Origin: Deltaproteobacteria bacterium
GTDB lineage: Bacteria > Myxococcota_A > UBA9160 > SMWR01
Assembly: GCA_032128115.1 (NCBI GenBank)
Contig: JAQBHB010000026.1
Span: 1 to 63,199, forward strand
Length of the DNA stretch: 63,199 nucleotides
Reading direction: 5' to 3'
Notes under the pieces: generated by a model
Told to the model about the DNA's origin: nothing
The model's input: the letters and a program-made list of their open reading frames with translations, nothing else
Database searches by the model: none
Position numbers and translations under genes: made by a program
Shown here: one piece after another, positions 41,661 to 51,572 of the stretch
Numbering within the stretch: position 1 is the first letter of the stretch
How the letters are laid out: the number at the start of each line of letters is the position of its first letter

Positions 41661-43139
41661 ATGAAGGTCGAGATCCACGAGCGCTTCGCGTCCGGGCTGC
41701 CCGCGGACGACGATCACCCCTATCGCACGGGCGCCTGGCGCCCCCAGACCACCGAGTACGACGCCTGGGATCTCACGGTGGAGGGTGAGATCCCCCGCGA
41801 TCTGTCGGGTGTGTACCTGCGCAATACGGAGAACCCGTTGCTGGAGCCCATCCAGCACTACCACCCCTTCGATGGCGACGGCATGTTGCACGCCATCTCG
41901 TTTCGCGACGGCGAAGCGTCGTATCGCAACCGCTTCGTCCGGACCGACGGTTTTCTCGCCGAACGCGATGCGGGTGAGTCTCTCTTTGCCGGTGTGGCCG
42001 AGAATCCGTCGTTCGCGAAGCGCGAGAGCCTCCGGTGCGCGCGTCCGAACATGAAGGACGCGTCGAGCACGGACGTGGTCGTGCACCGGGGCGTCGCGCT
42101 CTCGAGCTTCTGGATGTGTGGGGACCTGTACCGCGCGGACCCCTTCGACCTGCGCCCCCTGGGCAAGGAGACGCTTGGCGATCGCCTCCCCGGCGAGGGC
42201 ATTTCCGCGCATCCGAAGATCGACGAGAACAGCGGCGAGATGCTCTTCTTCAACTACGGAATCGAGGCTCCCTACATGCACTTCGGCGTGGTGTCACCCG
42301 AGGGCGCACTCGTCCAATACAGGGACGTGCCGCTTCCGGGACCGCGCCTCCCCCACGACATGGCGTTCACCGAGAATTTCGCCATCGTCAACGATTGCCC
42401 CATGTTCTGGGATCCGAAGGCGCTCTCGGCGGGCCACCATCTGCCGCGATTCTTTCCCGAGCTTCCCACCCGTTTCGGAATCGTCCCGCGCCGGGGCAAT
42501 GGCGAGATCCGCTGGTTCGAAGCGGCGCCCACCTTCGTCCTGCACTGGATCAACGCCTGGGAGGAGGGAGACGAAATCGTGCTTGACGGTTTCTTCCAGG
42601 AGAATCCCTCGCCTGCCAGCGTGCCCGGCGGCTTCAGCGTGAACCTGTTCCGCTATCTCGATCTCTTCGCGTTGCGCAGCCACGCCCATCGCTGGCGTTT
42701 CAATCTCGCGACGGGACAATGCGTCGAGGAGCCGCTCAGCGATCGCACCCTGGAGTTCCCCATGATCAATGGCCGCTACGGCGGCCGCCGCAATCGCTAC
42801 GCCTATCACGCTCTTCCGTGCGAGGGCTGGTTCGGCTTCCGCGGCATCGTCAAGCACGATCTGGACACGGGCAAAGAAGAACTCTACGAGCTGCCGTCGG
42901 GTGTCTACGCCAGCGAAACCGCCATGGCACCCCGCGTTTCCTCCGGGGCCGAAGACGACGGCTATCTCGTGACCCTCAGCATGGACCTGAACCGCGACCG
43001 CTCCGAGTGCCTGATCCTGGATGCGGCGCAGCCCTCGTCCGGCCCCATCGCCCGCATCGCCCTGCCGGAGCGGATCTGCTCGGGTACCCACGCCTTCTGG
43101 CACGCGTCGGACGTTGCGCGCCGGGTTCCAGGTCGCTAG
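41661..43139 (+). CDS. Carotenoid oxygenase / lignostilbene dioxygenase family
   Basis: HPFDGDGM and four Fe-binding His (AHPK, PHDM, LHWIN, THAFW), EDDGYL. Confidence 0.94.
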   Translation: MKVEIHERFASGLPADDDHPYRTGAWRPQTTEYDAWDLTVEGEIPRDLSGVYLRNTENPLLEPIQHYHPFDGDGMLHAISFRDGEASYRNRFVRTDGFLAERDAGESLFAGVAENPSFAKRESLRCARPNMKDASSTDVVVHRGVALSSFWMCGDLYRADPFDLRPLGKETLGDRLPGEGISAHPKIDENSGEMLFFNYGIEAPYMHFGVVSPEGALVQYRDVPLPGPRLPHDMAFTENFAIVNDCPMFWDPKALSAGHHLPRFFPELPTRFGIVPRRGNGEIRWFEAAPTFVLHWINAWEEGDEIVLDGFFQENPSPASVPGGFSVNLFRYLDLFALRSHAHRWRFNLATGQCVEEPLSDRTLEFPMINGRYGGRRNRYAYHALPCEGWFGFRGIVKHDLDTGKEELYELPSGVYASETAMAPRVSSGAEDDGYLVTLSMDLNRDRSECLILDAAQPSSGPIARIALPERICSGTHAFWHASDVARRVPGR

Positions 43140-46100
43140 CTCGCTCCCAGGTTCACCAGCAATCGCTGGGCCGCGTCGCACATCTCGATCGGATCGCGGG
43201 TGAGGGCCGGGGCGTGGATCTTGTGGCCGGGAGACACTCGCAGGCCGCTGCCCGCCTGGGTCATCAGGTTGACCAGGAGTTGGGGGTCGATCTTCGTGGA
43301 CTCGGCGGCGGTCAGCACGATCTCGCCGTTCGCGCTGTCTACCGCCAGCACGCCCAGTTTGCGGGCCATCACCTTCAGGCGGATCACACGCAACAGGTTC
43401 TCGCCCACCGCGGGAAGCGGGCCGAAGCGGTCGAGGATCTCGTCGCGGATGCGATCCACCTCGGCGTCCTCCCGGCAGCTGGCGAGTCGCTTGTAGAGCA
43501 CCAGTCGCTGGTTCACGCTGGGCACGTAATCGTCGGGAAGACGCGCGGGAATCGGAAGGCGAATCTCGGGATCGATCTCCGGGTCGCGCATCACGCCGCG
43601 CAGCTCGTCGATGGTCTGTTCCAGCATTTCCATGTAGGTCTCGTAACCCACGGCGGCCAGCATCCCGGACTGCTGCTGCCCCAGAAGGTTGCCGGCGCCG
43701 CGAATTTCGAGATCCATGTTGGCCAGGCGAAAGCCGCTGCCCAGCTCGCTCAGATCCTGGATGGCCTCGAGCCTCCGCTCCGCATCGGTGGTCAGGGCGT
43801 CCAGTCCGGGGATCATCAGGTAGGAATAGGCCCGGTGGCTGCTGCGCCCCACGCGACCCCGCAGCTGGTAGAGCTGTGCCAGGCCCAGTGCGTCGGCGCG
43901 GTTGATCAGGATGGTGTTGGCCCGGGGGATGTCGAGGCCGCTCTCGATGATGGTGGTGCACAGCAGCACGTCGGCCTCGCCGCGAAGGAAGGCGAGCATC
44001 CGCTTCTCGAGTTCGCGCTCGCGCATCTGGCCGTGGGCCACCAGAACCTTCGCCTCGGGCACCACGCGACTGAGTAGCTTCTCCATGGCGCCGATGGTCT
44101 GCACCCGGTTGTGCACGAAGAAGACCTGCCCGCCGCGGCGCAACTCGCGCAAAATGGCTTCGCGCACCATCTCTTCGGAGAATTTGCATACCTGGGTGCG
44201 GATGGCCAATCGATCGGCGGGGGGCGTCTCCATGATCGAGAGGTCGCGGATCCCGGTGAAGGCCATCTGGAGGGTGCGCGGAATCGGCGTGGCCGTAAGC
44301 GTCAACACATCCACCGTCTTCTTGATTTGCTTGATGCGCTCCTTGTGGGCCACTCCGAAGCGGTGCTCCTCGTCCACCACCAGCAGTCCCAGGTCCCGGA
44401 ACGACACGTTCTTCTGCAGCAGGCGGTGGGTACCGACCACGATGTCGATGGAGCCGTGGGCCAGCCCCTCGAGCACGGCTTTCGAATCCGCAGGCCGCCG
44501 GAAGCGCGATAGCGACTCCACCTTCACCGGGTAGTCTTCGAAGCGCTCCCGGAAGGTTTCGTGGTGCTGCTGGCACAGGATCGTGGTGGGCACCAGCACG
44601 GCAACCTGTTTGCCATCCATCACGGCGCGGAAGGCGGCCCGCACTGCCACCTCCGTCTTGCCGTAGCCCACGTCGCCGCACACCAGGCGATCCATGGGCT
44701 TGGGACGCTGAAGGTCGGCAAGCACGTCCTCGATGGCGGCCATCTGGTCGGGAGTTTCCTCGTACGGGAAGTGCGCTTCGAACTCCTCCATCATGCGATC
44801 GCGCCCGGAGAAGCCGAAGCCCGGCGCCAGTTCTCGAGCCGCATGCACCGAGAGCAATTCCTGGGCCATGTTTCGCAGCGACTTGCGAACCGAGTCCTTC
44901 GCCTTCTCCCAGCTCAGGCCGCCCAGCTTGTCGATGCGGGGCGGGTGACCGTCGGCGCCCGCATAGCGCTGCACCTGGTTCAGTCGGTGGACGGGAATGA
45001 AGAGCTTCGCGTCCTCGCTGTATTCGAGGCGCAGGAACTCGCCCTCGATGCCGCGCAGCGAAAGGCTCACGAGTCCGCGATAGATGCCGATGCCGTGCTG
45101 GCTGTGCACCAGGTAGTCGCCGGTTGCCAGCTGGGCCAGGGTCTCCACCGCGGCACCGTCGGGCCAGCGCGAGCGCGTCCGCCGCTTCTGGCGCGGACCG
45201 AAGATCTCCTCCTCGGTCACGACCGCGAGCTTCTCCATGGGGAAGGTGAAGCCCTCGGAGAGCTGCGCCACCCGGACCTCCACACGGCCGGTGCCGGACC
45301 AACGCCATGCGGGACGGGGCTCGGTTTCGGTTCGGGTTTCGATCCTGTATTCGGAGAGCAGGGCGCGCAGGCGCTCTGCGCCAGAGAGGGCGGCAGCGGT
45401 GATCACGATGCGCCACCCCTCGCTCCGCCACTCTGCAAGCGCCTCGATCAGGGGGGCGAGCGCCTCTTCGCTGCTCCGGGATTTCACCAGTGCGCGGCGC
45501 AGCTCGTCGACGCCGTAGGTCCGCAGCGAGAAACGCTCTGCGCTGTCGATGCGGTCCGCCACGTCATGACGCTCGAGGGACACGGGCTGGCGGGCCGATA
45601 CCTGATGCGCCAGCTCGTCTGCCGCAACCAGAAGCTGGTCCGGCGGCGCCACTACGCGCCCACTGGCCACGGCGACGTCGAAGTGGTCGACGGCGTCGGC
45701 TGCGTAACGAGCCAGACGGTCGCGGCCCGCCTCCGGGTCGTCCAGCAGGATCAACGTGTCGTCGGGAAGAAAATCGAGCACCGTCTCGAATCCCGGTTGC
45801 AGCAGGGGCGCCAGGGCCTCCGAGCCGGGCGGCGGGCTGCCCCGCAGCAGGGCATCCACCAGGGCGTCCACCGCCCGCGGCTCCACCTTCTGGTCGCGGG
45901 CCAGCTCGCGAATTGCATCGGAGCGCTCGATCACCGAGGCGCGGTCGATCAGCAGTTCGCACGGGGGCGGCGCCACCACATAGCCGAGCGCCGCCTGGGA
46001 GCGCTGGCTGCTGGCGTCGAACTCACGGATCGACTCGACTTCGTCGCCCAGCAGCTCGACGCGCACGGGATTCTCGCGTTGGGGTGGGAAGAGATCGAGG

Positions 46101-46690
46101 ATGCCGCCGCGCACCGCCAGCTCGCCGGGCTCTTCCACCAACGGCATGCGCGAGTAGCCCGCCGCCATCAATGTGGCCACCAGCGCGTCCCGGTCCAACG
46201 TCTGGCCCACCTCCAGGTGCACCGAGCGCGCCCGCACGGTCTCGCGCGAGGGCACACGGGTCGCGAGCGAGGTCCAGGTGGCCACCACCACCGGAGCGGG
46301 CTCGCTGGCGGCCACGACCCGGCCGCGGATGGCGTCCGCCGCGCGGGGCGGGGCGCTGGCGATCCAGCGATAGAGCACGTCCATGCGCTGGGCCACGATG
46401 AAGGGCTGGGGAGAGAAGCGTTCGTAGGGCTGGGCGTCGTGGCGCGGGAATGCGCGCACGCGACCGCCGCGCTCGGGCTCGCCCAGGGCGGCGCGCAGAT
46501 CGCCGACGAAGGCGTCAGCCGCCTTGGCCCGAGGCACCAGCACCAGCGTCGGGCGATCGCCGTGGGCGCGCACCAGGTGGGCGGCAATCAGCGCGCGGGC
46601 GGCGCCGCGCAGGCCCGACAGCGTCACCGCGCGGTTTCGCGCGGTGACGCGTTCGACTACGTCTTCCAGATCTCGAACCGATTCGCTCAA
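43136..46690 (-). CDS. mfd: Transcription-repair coupling factor
   Basis: VRGGILD, CarD-like GDYLVHSQHGIG, GDVGYGKTEVA, DEEHRFG, TATPIPRT, QLRGRVGR; start approximate. Confidence 0.98.
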   Translation of the reverse strand: MSESVRDLEDVVERVTARNRAVTLSGLRGAARALIAAHLVRAHGDRPTLVLVPRAKAADAFVGDLRAALGEPERGGRVRAFPRHDAQPYERFSPQPFIVAQRMDVLYRWIASAPPRAADAIRGRVVAASEPAPVVVATWTSLATRVPSRETVRARSVHLEVGQTLDRDALVATLMAAGYSRMPLVEEPGELAVRGGILDLFPPQRENPVRVELLGDEVESIREFDASSQRSQAALGYVVAPPPCELLIDRASVIERSDAIRELARDQKVEPRAVDALVDALLRGSPPPGSEALAPLLQPGFETVLDFLPDDTLILLDDPEAGRDRLARYAADAVDHFDVAVASGRVVAPPDQLLVAADELAHQVSARQPVSLERHDVADRIDSAERFSLRTYGVDELRRALVKSRSSEEALAPLIEALAEWRSEGWRIVITAAALSGAERLRALLSEYRIETRTETEPRPAWRWSGTGRVEVRVAQLSEGFTFPMEKLAVVTEEEIFGPRQKRRTRSRWPDGAAVETLAQLATGDYLVHSQHGIGIYRGLVSLSLRGIEGEFLRLEYSEDAKLFIPVHRLNQVQRYAGADGHPPRIDKLGGLSWEKAKDSVRKSLRNMAQELLSVHAARELAPGFGFSGRDRMMEEFEAHFPYEETPDQMAAIEDVLADLQRPKPMDRLVCGDVGYGKTEVAVRAAFRAVMDGKQVAVLVPTTILCQQHHETFRERFEDYPVKVESLSRFRRPADSKAVLEGLAHGSIDIVVGTHRLLQKNVSFRDLGLLVVDEEHRFGVAHKERIKQIKKTVDVLTLTATPIPRTLQMAFTGIRDLSIMETPPADRLAIRTQVCKFSEEMVREAILRELRRGGQVFFVHNRVQTIGAMEKLLSRVVPEAKVLVAHGQMRERELEKRMLAFLRGEADVLLCTTIIESGLDIPRANTILINRADALGLAQLYQLRGRVGRSSHRAYSYLMIPGLDALTTDAERRLEAIQDLSELGSGFRLANMDLEIRGAGNLLGQQQSGMLAAVGYETYMEMLEQTIDELRGVMRDPEIDPEIRLPIPARLPDDYVPSVNQRLVLYKRLASCREDAEVDRIRDEILDRFGPLPAVGENLLRVIRLKVMARKLGVLAVDSANGEIVLTAAESTKIDPQLLVNLMTQAGSGLRVSPGHKIHAPALTRDPIEMCDAAQRLLVNLGAS

Positions 46691-46771
46691 GCCGGGCCCC
46701 TGCGTGCACGTCCGCACACACGAGTGCCCCACCTCTCCCGGAAATGGGGGAGGCGAGGCGCGCGGCAAAGT

Positions 46772-47263
46772 CTACTGAACTTCGCTTTGGCGGTCGTGGC
46801 CGTCGAATGCTGGGGAGTAGACGGCGTATGCGATCGCCGGCTCGTTCGTGGCATTGGCAAAGGCGTGGGCCGTGCCCCGGGGCACGTACAGGATCGAGCC
46901 CTCGCCCACTTCGTGCACCTGATCGCCAAGACGCCAGCTGCCGTGGCCCCGCAGCATCACCACCATCAGGTCGTGGCGATCGTGTCGATGCGGCACCTCG
47001 CGGTCGCGAATGGCCACCATGTGGTGGCTCGTGTGAGCGTCGCGCCCAACCTCCACCACGGCGAACGCTTCACCCGGGGCCAGCTGCGGCCACGCGGCCA
47101 GGATTTCCAACGGGATCCGCAGGCGATCGTTGCCCAGGCGCGCGTCGAACATGGGGGCCGGCCCCCGGGTTCCGCAGGCCAGCAGACCTCCGACCAGACT
47201 GATGAGCGGAGCGATGAGCGCAGCGAGACCGATAAGCGGAGCGACCCGGGCGATGTGCGTCAT
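46772..47263 (-). CDS. Cupin-domain lipoprotein
   Basis: Lipobox-like LLAC; PHRHDRHD...G.G and YVPRGTAH cupin motifs. Confidence 0.82.
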   Translation of the reverse strand: MTHIARVAPLIGLAALIAPLISLVGGLLACGTRGPAPMFDARLGNDRLRIPLEILAAWPQLAPGEAFAVVEVGRDAHTSHHMVAIRDREVPHRHDRHDLMVVMLRGHGSWRLGDQVHEVGEGSILYVPRGTAHAFANATNEPAIAYAVYSPAFDGHDRQSEVQ

Positions 47264-47276
47264 GGCGATTCCTTTC

Positions 47277-48413
47277 TCATGCCCTGGCGTCCCGAACCGC
47301 GGACCCGACAAACGACAGGGTCCGGGTCGCAAGCAGCGGCCAGGCGTGGTGGCTTTCCAGGCGCTCGCGGGCAGCACAGCCCAGTCGGCGCGCACGGTCT
47401 CGATCGCCCATGAGCTTCGCCAGGGCGTCCGCCAGCTCGCTCGCGCCGGCGTCGGACGGAAGCAGCCACGCGTTGCGGTCGTGCTCGAGCGACTCGGCCA
47501 CGTCGGCCCGAGCCACGATGGCGCGGCGCGCCTCCATGTAGTTGAGGAGCTTGATGGGGAAGCCTCCCCGGCGTCGGCGCGGGAGCACACTGACTCCTGC
47601 AGCGAACGTGAGCGCTCGCACCTCGTCCGGAGACTCCGCGAAATGGAAGCGCAGAGGACTCGCGCGGTCGGGGGGTGCTGCGTGGGTGGCGACCACGACG
47701 GGAAGCTCGGGCACGCGACGTGCGGCCGCCTCGAGCTCGTCCAGGTTCTGATAGCGGTCCAGATTTCCAGCATAGAGCACGAAAGCTTCGGGCTTCACAC
47801 CGGCACGAGCGCAAGCCCGGGCCTGATCTTCGCCGGAAGGATCGGGAGTCGGATCGAGGCCGGGGGGAATCACGCGAACCGGGGCGCGGGTCCTGACCGA
47901 GAGCTCCACGCGAGCCGCCTCGCACAGGGCGATCACCGCGTCGGCCGATCGCGCGGCGACCCGATCGATGCCCGCACCGGCCGTGTTCAACAGGTCGTGC
48001 AGCAGCTCGGGCCCGAAGCTCGCCAACTCGTGTTCCATCAAGGTATGGGCCAGGTAGATCACCGGGACGCCGGTGAGCACCCGTACCGCGGCCGCCGCCA
48101 ACGTGGCTTCCACGTTGTGGGCGATGGCCGCGTCGAAATGCCGCTCCCGATGGGCGCGGACGTAGATGGCGGCCAGTGCCGCGTCGCTCACCGGCTTCTG
48201 GAGCGTGGGTCCCGCGCGCAGGTCCTTTGACGACAACACGTCCGGAACGCGCACCACTTCCAGACCCGGCGGATCGTCGCCCTGGCCGCTGCCATAACAG
48301 AAGAATGTCACGCTCGCGCCGGCGGCTTCCAGCGCGCGCGCGTGGTCGCGGGCGAAGGCCTGGGAGCCCTGGGGCAGCGGGAAGGGAAACGCGCCGAGGA
48401 TGGCGAGGCGCAA
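47277..48413 (-). CDS. Glycosyltransferase family 4
   Basis: VIPPGLD, YAGNLDRYQ, GFPIKLLNYMEA. Confidence 0.88.
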   Translation of the reverse strand: MRLAILGAFPFPLPQGSQAFARDHARALEAAGASVTFFCYGSGQGDDPPGLEVVRVPDVLSSKDLRAGPTLQKPVSDAALAAIYVRAHRERHFDAAIAHNVEATLAAAAVRVLTGVPVIYLAHTLMEHELASFGPELLHDLLNTAGAGIDRVAARSADAVIALCEAARVELSVRTRAPVRVIPPGLDPTPDPSGEDQARACARAGVKPEAFVLYAGNLDRYQNLDELEAAARRVPELPVVVATHAAPPDRASPLRFHFAESPDEVRALTFAAGVSVLPRRRRGGFPIKLLNYMEARRAIVARADVAESLEHDRNAWLLPSDAGASELADALAKLMGDRDRARRLGCAARERLESHHAWPLLATRTLSFVGSAVRDARA

Positions 48414-48417
48414 GGGC

Positions 48418-49155
48418 CTAGCCGTTGCGAAGCTCGCGGTAGAGGGTGAAAAGCTCCACCACCGCGCGGGCGATCACCCGGGGGCTGGCGCCGGTCTGGC
48501 GGCCGAAGCGGCGCCGCCGGTGGGTTACCGGCACCTGGTGGATCCGGAAGCCCGCCTTGAGCGCGCGCACCAGGATCTCCGTGTTGATGAACGCGCCAAT
48601 GGACGCCACGGGTATCGCCTGGATCACGTCACGGTGAAACACCTTGAACGCGCAGTCGATGTCGCGCACGTGCAGGTCGAATAGCACCCGCACCAGCGCG
48701 CCCCACACCCATGCGATCACGCGCCGGTGCCAGGGGTCGCGTCGCGGGCTGCGGTAGCCCGCCACGATGTCGAATTCCTCGGTATGGGCGAGAAGCCGCG
48801 AGAGCTCGGTCACGTCGAACTGCAGGTCCGCGTCGCTGAAGAAGACCAGCTCACCGCGGGCCTGGTGCAAGCCGGCGCGCAGGGCCGCCCCGTAGCCCTG
48901 GTTGCGTTCGTGGCGCACCACCTGAACGCGCGTGTCGGCGCGGCGATAATGCTCGATCACCCGGGCGCTGCCGTCTCGGCTGCCGTCGTCTACCACCACG
49001 ATCTCGAACGACGACGCGAGTCGCGGCGCGAGCGCGAGGGTACTCTCCAGCAGCGCGCCGATGTTGCGCTCCTCGTCGAAGACGGGAAATACCAGCGAGA
49101 GCGTGGGTCGTTGCGCTTCCGCCGTCGGCGCCGCGATCGGCTGGAGCGCGCTCAC
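48418..49155 (-). CDS. Glycosyltransferase family 2 (polyprenol-phosphate sugar synthase-like)
   Basis: LVFPVFDE, VVDDGSRD, NQGYGAALRAG, DADLQ, DIDCAFK; GTG start overlaps the upstream stop. Confidence 0.92.
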   Translation of the reverse strand: MSALQPIAAPTAEAQRPTLSLVFPVFDEERNIGALLESTLALAPRLASSFEIVVVDDGSRDGSARVIEHYRRADTRVQVVRHERNQGYGAALRAGLHQARGELVFFSDADLQFDVTELSRLLAHTEEFDIVAGYRSPRRDPWHRRVIAWVWGALVRVLFDLHVRDIDCAFKVFHRDVIQAIPVASIGAFINTEILVRALKAGFRIHQVPVTHRRRRFGRQTGASPRVIARAVVELFTLYRELRNG

Positions 49156-50786
49156 TCGAGGTATCCGAGGGCCCGCAGGCGGTCGGCCACTCTCGCCTCC
49201 TCCTCGGGGCCGTAGGCCTGCGGCGTGGGTTGTGCGGGCTCGCCATCGTCGGGGGCCACGCCCAGGTGGCGCAGGACCGCGGGGGCCACGTCGGCCAGCG
49301 AAGGCTCGGGGCCAAGCCGCAGTCGGCCCGCTTCGGGGCCGGTCGAGATCCACACGCCGTCGGGACGATGAGTTCCGTTCATGCCTCGTCCACGCCCGCC
49401 GCCGAGTTCGTCGCCGGAAAGCTCGCGGACCGAATCCGTGCGGGGCTCCTGCCAGGGCGTGGGCACGAGCGAAAGACCGTAGCCTGCGTCGAGGTCCAGT
49501 TCGACCACCACATCCGGCGCGCGGTCGGCGCAGGGGCCAGAGTAGACGGCCTCCCGGGGCCGCGCGCGCGCAACGATGGCGGCGCCCCCGGGCAGCTTCC
49601 AATCCAGCAGACAGTCGATCACCTGGGATCGGACCCGCTCGTAGTCCGAGGGGTGTACCGAGCCGGCCGCCTCGCGTCCGCGCAGGTTGATCCATACACC
49701 AGGCTGGGTATTCACGTCCTCGCAGAAGGCCGCGCTGCGCTTCCAGTCGAAGCCGCCGAAGCGCACGGCGCTCTCGACCCGGGCGGCGGCTCCCCGGGTG
49801 TGGCGAAACACGAGCTGGGCGGCCCGGGGAGGAAGAGCCCGCAGCGCCAGGTCGCGAGCCGAGCGAGCCGCGCGGTCGAAGACCGGCGCACTGGATCGCC
49901 GCAGCAGCGCGCACTCCTGGAGTCGCCGGCCCAGGTGCACCACCCGGCGCGAGGCGCCACCACTGCCGTGGTCCGAGACGACCGCGCAAGCCGCATCTTC
50001 GCCGTAAGCGGCCCGGATCTCGCCACAGGCGGCGTCGAGCCGTTCGTAGACGCGGGCCAGGGCGCCGCGGCGGGTGGCGCTCGCAGCCGGGTCGTGGCGG
50101 GGCGAGCGGGGGTCGTGATCGCGCCAGTAATGGTGGGCGACCGTGTCGCTCTCCGAGAAGACCACCACCGCCAGTTCCGGCCGCTGGCCCCGCCGGTGCC
50201 TCAAGCGGGCCAGGGCCTCCACGGCGAAGGCGGTCTTGCGCTCGATCCGGGCCAGCAGGTGTTCGACCGCCCGTTCGTGCCAGCCCTCACCGCGGGCCCG
50301 CTCGTCCAGATCCGGGCGCATCCAGTCCCCCACCCGCTCTGCGATCTCCCGGTAGAGGGCCGGGTCACTGGCCGAGCTGGCGTCGCTGCCGGCCGAGATC
50401 GGAGAATCGAAGCCCCCCACCAGCAGTCCCGTAAGCGGCTCGGGCGGAAACGTGGCGGGAATGCCCAGGGCCAGCACGCAACGGCCGGCCCGGCTGGCCC
50501 GACCCATCATGGAGGTGCCCCGCCGGTCAGTGGCGTTCACGAAGCGGACCCGGTAGGCCCCCGGGAGCTTCTGGGTGAAGTCGAACAGGCCGTGCTGGCC
50601 CGGAAACAGGCCCGTGGCGAACGTGGACCAGGCCGGGAAGCTCATGGCGGGCAGCGTGCTGGTGAGTGGCCGCACCTCGCCTGAATGGCTCCACGCGGCG
50701 AGGTGGGGCAGACGCCCGGCGGCCATCAGGGGCTCCAGCACCTGGAGCGTCGCCCCATCGAGGCCCAGGATCAGCGCGCTCGACAT
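49152..50786 (-). CDS. Alkaline phosphatase superfamily (type I phosphodiesterase / nucleotide pyrophosphatase) protein
   Basis: LGLDGAT, STLPAMSFPAW, DTVAH, SDHG, GTHRPDG, C-terminal RLRALGYL. Confidence 0.88.
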   Translation of the reverse strand: MSSALILGLDGATLQVLEPLMAAGRLPHLAAWSHSGEVRPLTSTLPAMSFPAWSTFATGLFPGQHGLFDFTQKLPGAYRVRFVNATDRRGTSMMGRASRAGRCVLALGIPATFPPEPLTGLLVGGFDSPISAGSDASSASDPALYREIAERVGDWMRPDLDERARGEGWHERAVEHLLARIERKTAFAVEALARLRHRRGQRPELAVVVFSESDTVAHHYWRDHDPRSPRHDPAASATRRGALARVYERLDAACGEIRAAYGEDAACAVVSDHGSGGASRRVVHLGRRLQECALLRRSSAPVFDRAARSARDLALRALPPRAAQLVFRHTRGAAARVESAVRFGGFDWKRSAAFCEDVNTQPGVWINLRGREAAGSVHPSDYERVRSQVIDCLLDWKLPGGAAIVARARPREAVYSGPCADRAPDVVVELDLDAGYGLSLVPTPWQEPRTDSVRELSGDELGGGRGRGMNGTHRPDGVWISTGPEAGRLRLGPEPSLADVAPAVLRHLGVAPDDGEPAQPTPQAYGPEEEARVADRLRALGYLE

Positions 50787-50868
50787 TCCCGGGTGCTCCT
50801 CCTATATTCCGGCGCCCCACCTGCGCTGTCCGCCCCGTCCGCCCTGAGGGTCATCCGGGAGAGCATTC

Positions 50869-51519
50869 ATGCCCGTCCAACTACTTTGCCGCAAGCTGGG
50901 GTCGACCCAGATCTTCGCCGAGAGCGGTGAGTGTATCCCGGTCACCGTGCTCGAGGCGGGCTCCAATACCGTGGTCCAGAAGAAGAACGAGAAGCGCGAC
51001 GGCTACACCGCCCTCCAGTTGAGCTTTGGTGAGCGGCGGCCCTCGCGCACGAGCAAGGCGCTCCGGGGCCACTTCGAGAAGGCCAACGTCGCCCCGGCCC
51101 AGCACCTGATCGAGTCTCGTGTTACCCCCGAAGAGGCCGAGGCCCACGAGGTGGGCGGCAAGATTCCGGTGGACATCTTCGCGACCGGCCAGCGTGTGGA
51201 CGTGATCGGCACCTCCAAGGGCCGCGGCACGGCGGGTGTCGTCAAGCGCCACAACTTCGCCGTCAAGCGCAAGACCCACGGCACCCACGAGGCATTCCGA
51301 CACGCCGGCTCGATCGGCGCAGGTTCCTCTCCGGGGCGCGTCTTCAAGGGTCACCCCATGGCCGGGCGAATGGGTAACGAGCGGGTCACGGCCTCCAACC
51401 TGGAGGTGGTCAAGGTGGACGCCGATCGCAGCCTGATCTTCGTCCGCGGCGCCGTACCCGGACATCGCAACGGCATCGTCCGCGTACGCCCGGCGGTCAA
51501 GGCGAAGCCCAAGGCCTAG
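50869..51519 (+). CDS. rplC: 50S ribosomal protein L3
   Basis: KLGSTQIF, PVTVLE, DGYTALQL, GTSKGRGTAGVVKRHNF, GSIG, MAGRMG, VRGAVPG. Confidence 0.97.
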   Translation: MPVQLLCRKLGSTQIFAESGECIPVTVLEAGSNTVVQKKNEKRDGYTALQLSFGERRPSRTSKALRGHFEKANVAPAQHLIESRVTPEEAEAHEVGGKIPVDIFATGQRVDVIGTSKGRGTAGVVKRHNFAVKRKTHGTHEAFRHAGSIGAGSSPGRVFKGHPMAGRMGNERVTASNLEVVKVDADRSLIFVRGAVPGHRNGIVRVRPAVKAKPKA

Positions 51520-51572
51520 CGTCCCCGGTCAGCCCTCGGGCGCCGACCTCGGGGCGCCAACATCGTGGCGCC

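Noticed and set aside
42294..47413. 1045-aa and 950-aa ORFs overlapping mfd
   Set aside because: Alternative-frame and antisense shadows with R/G/A/P-biased composition
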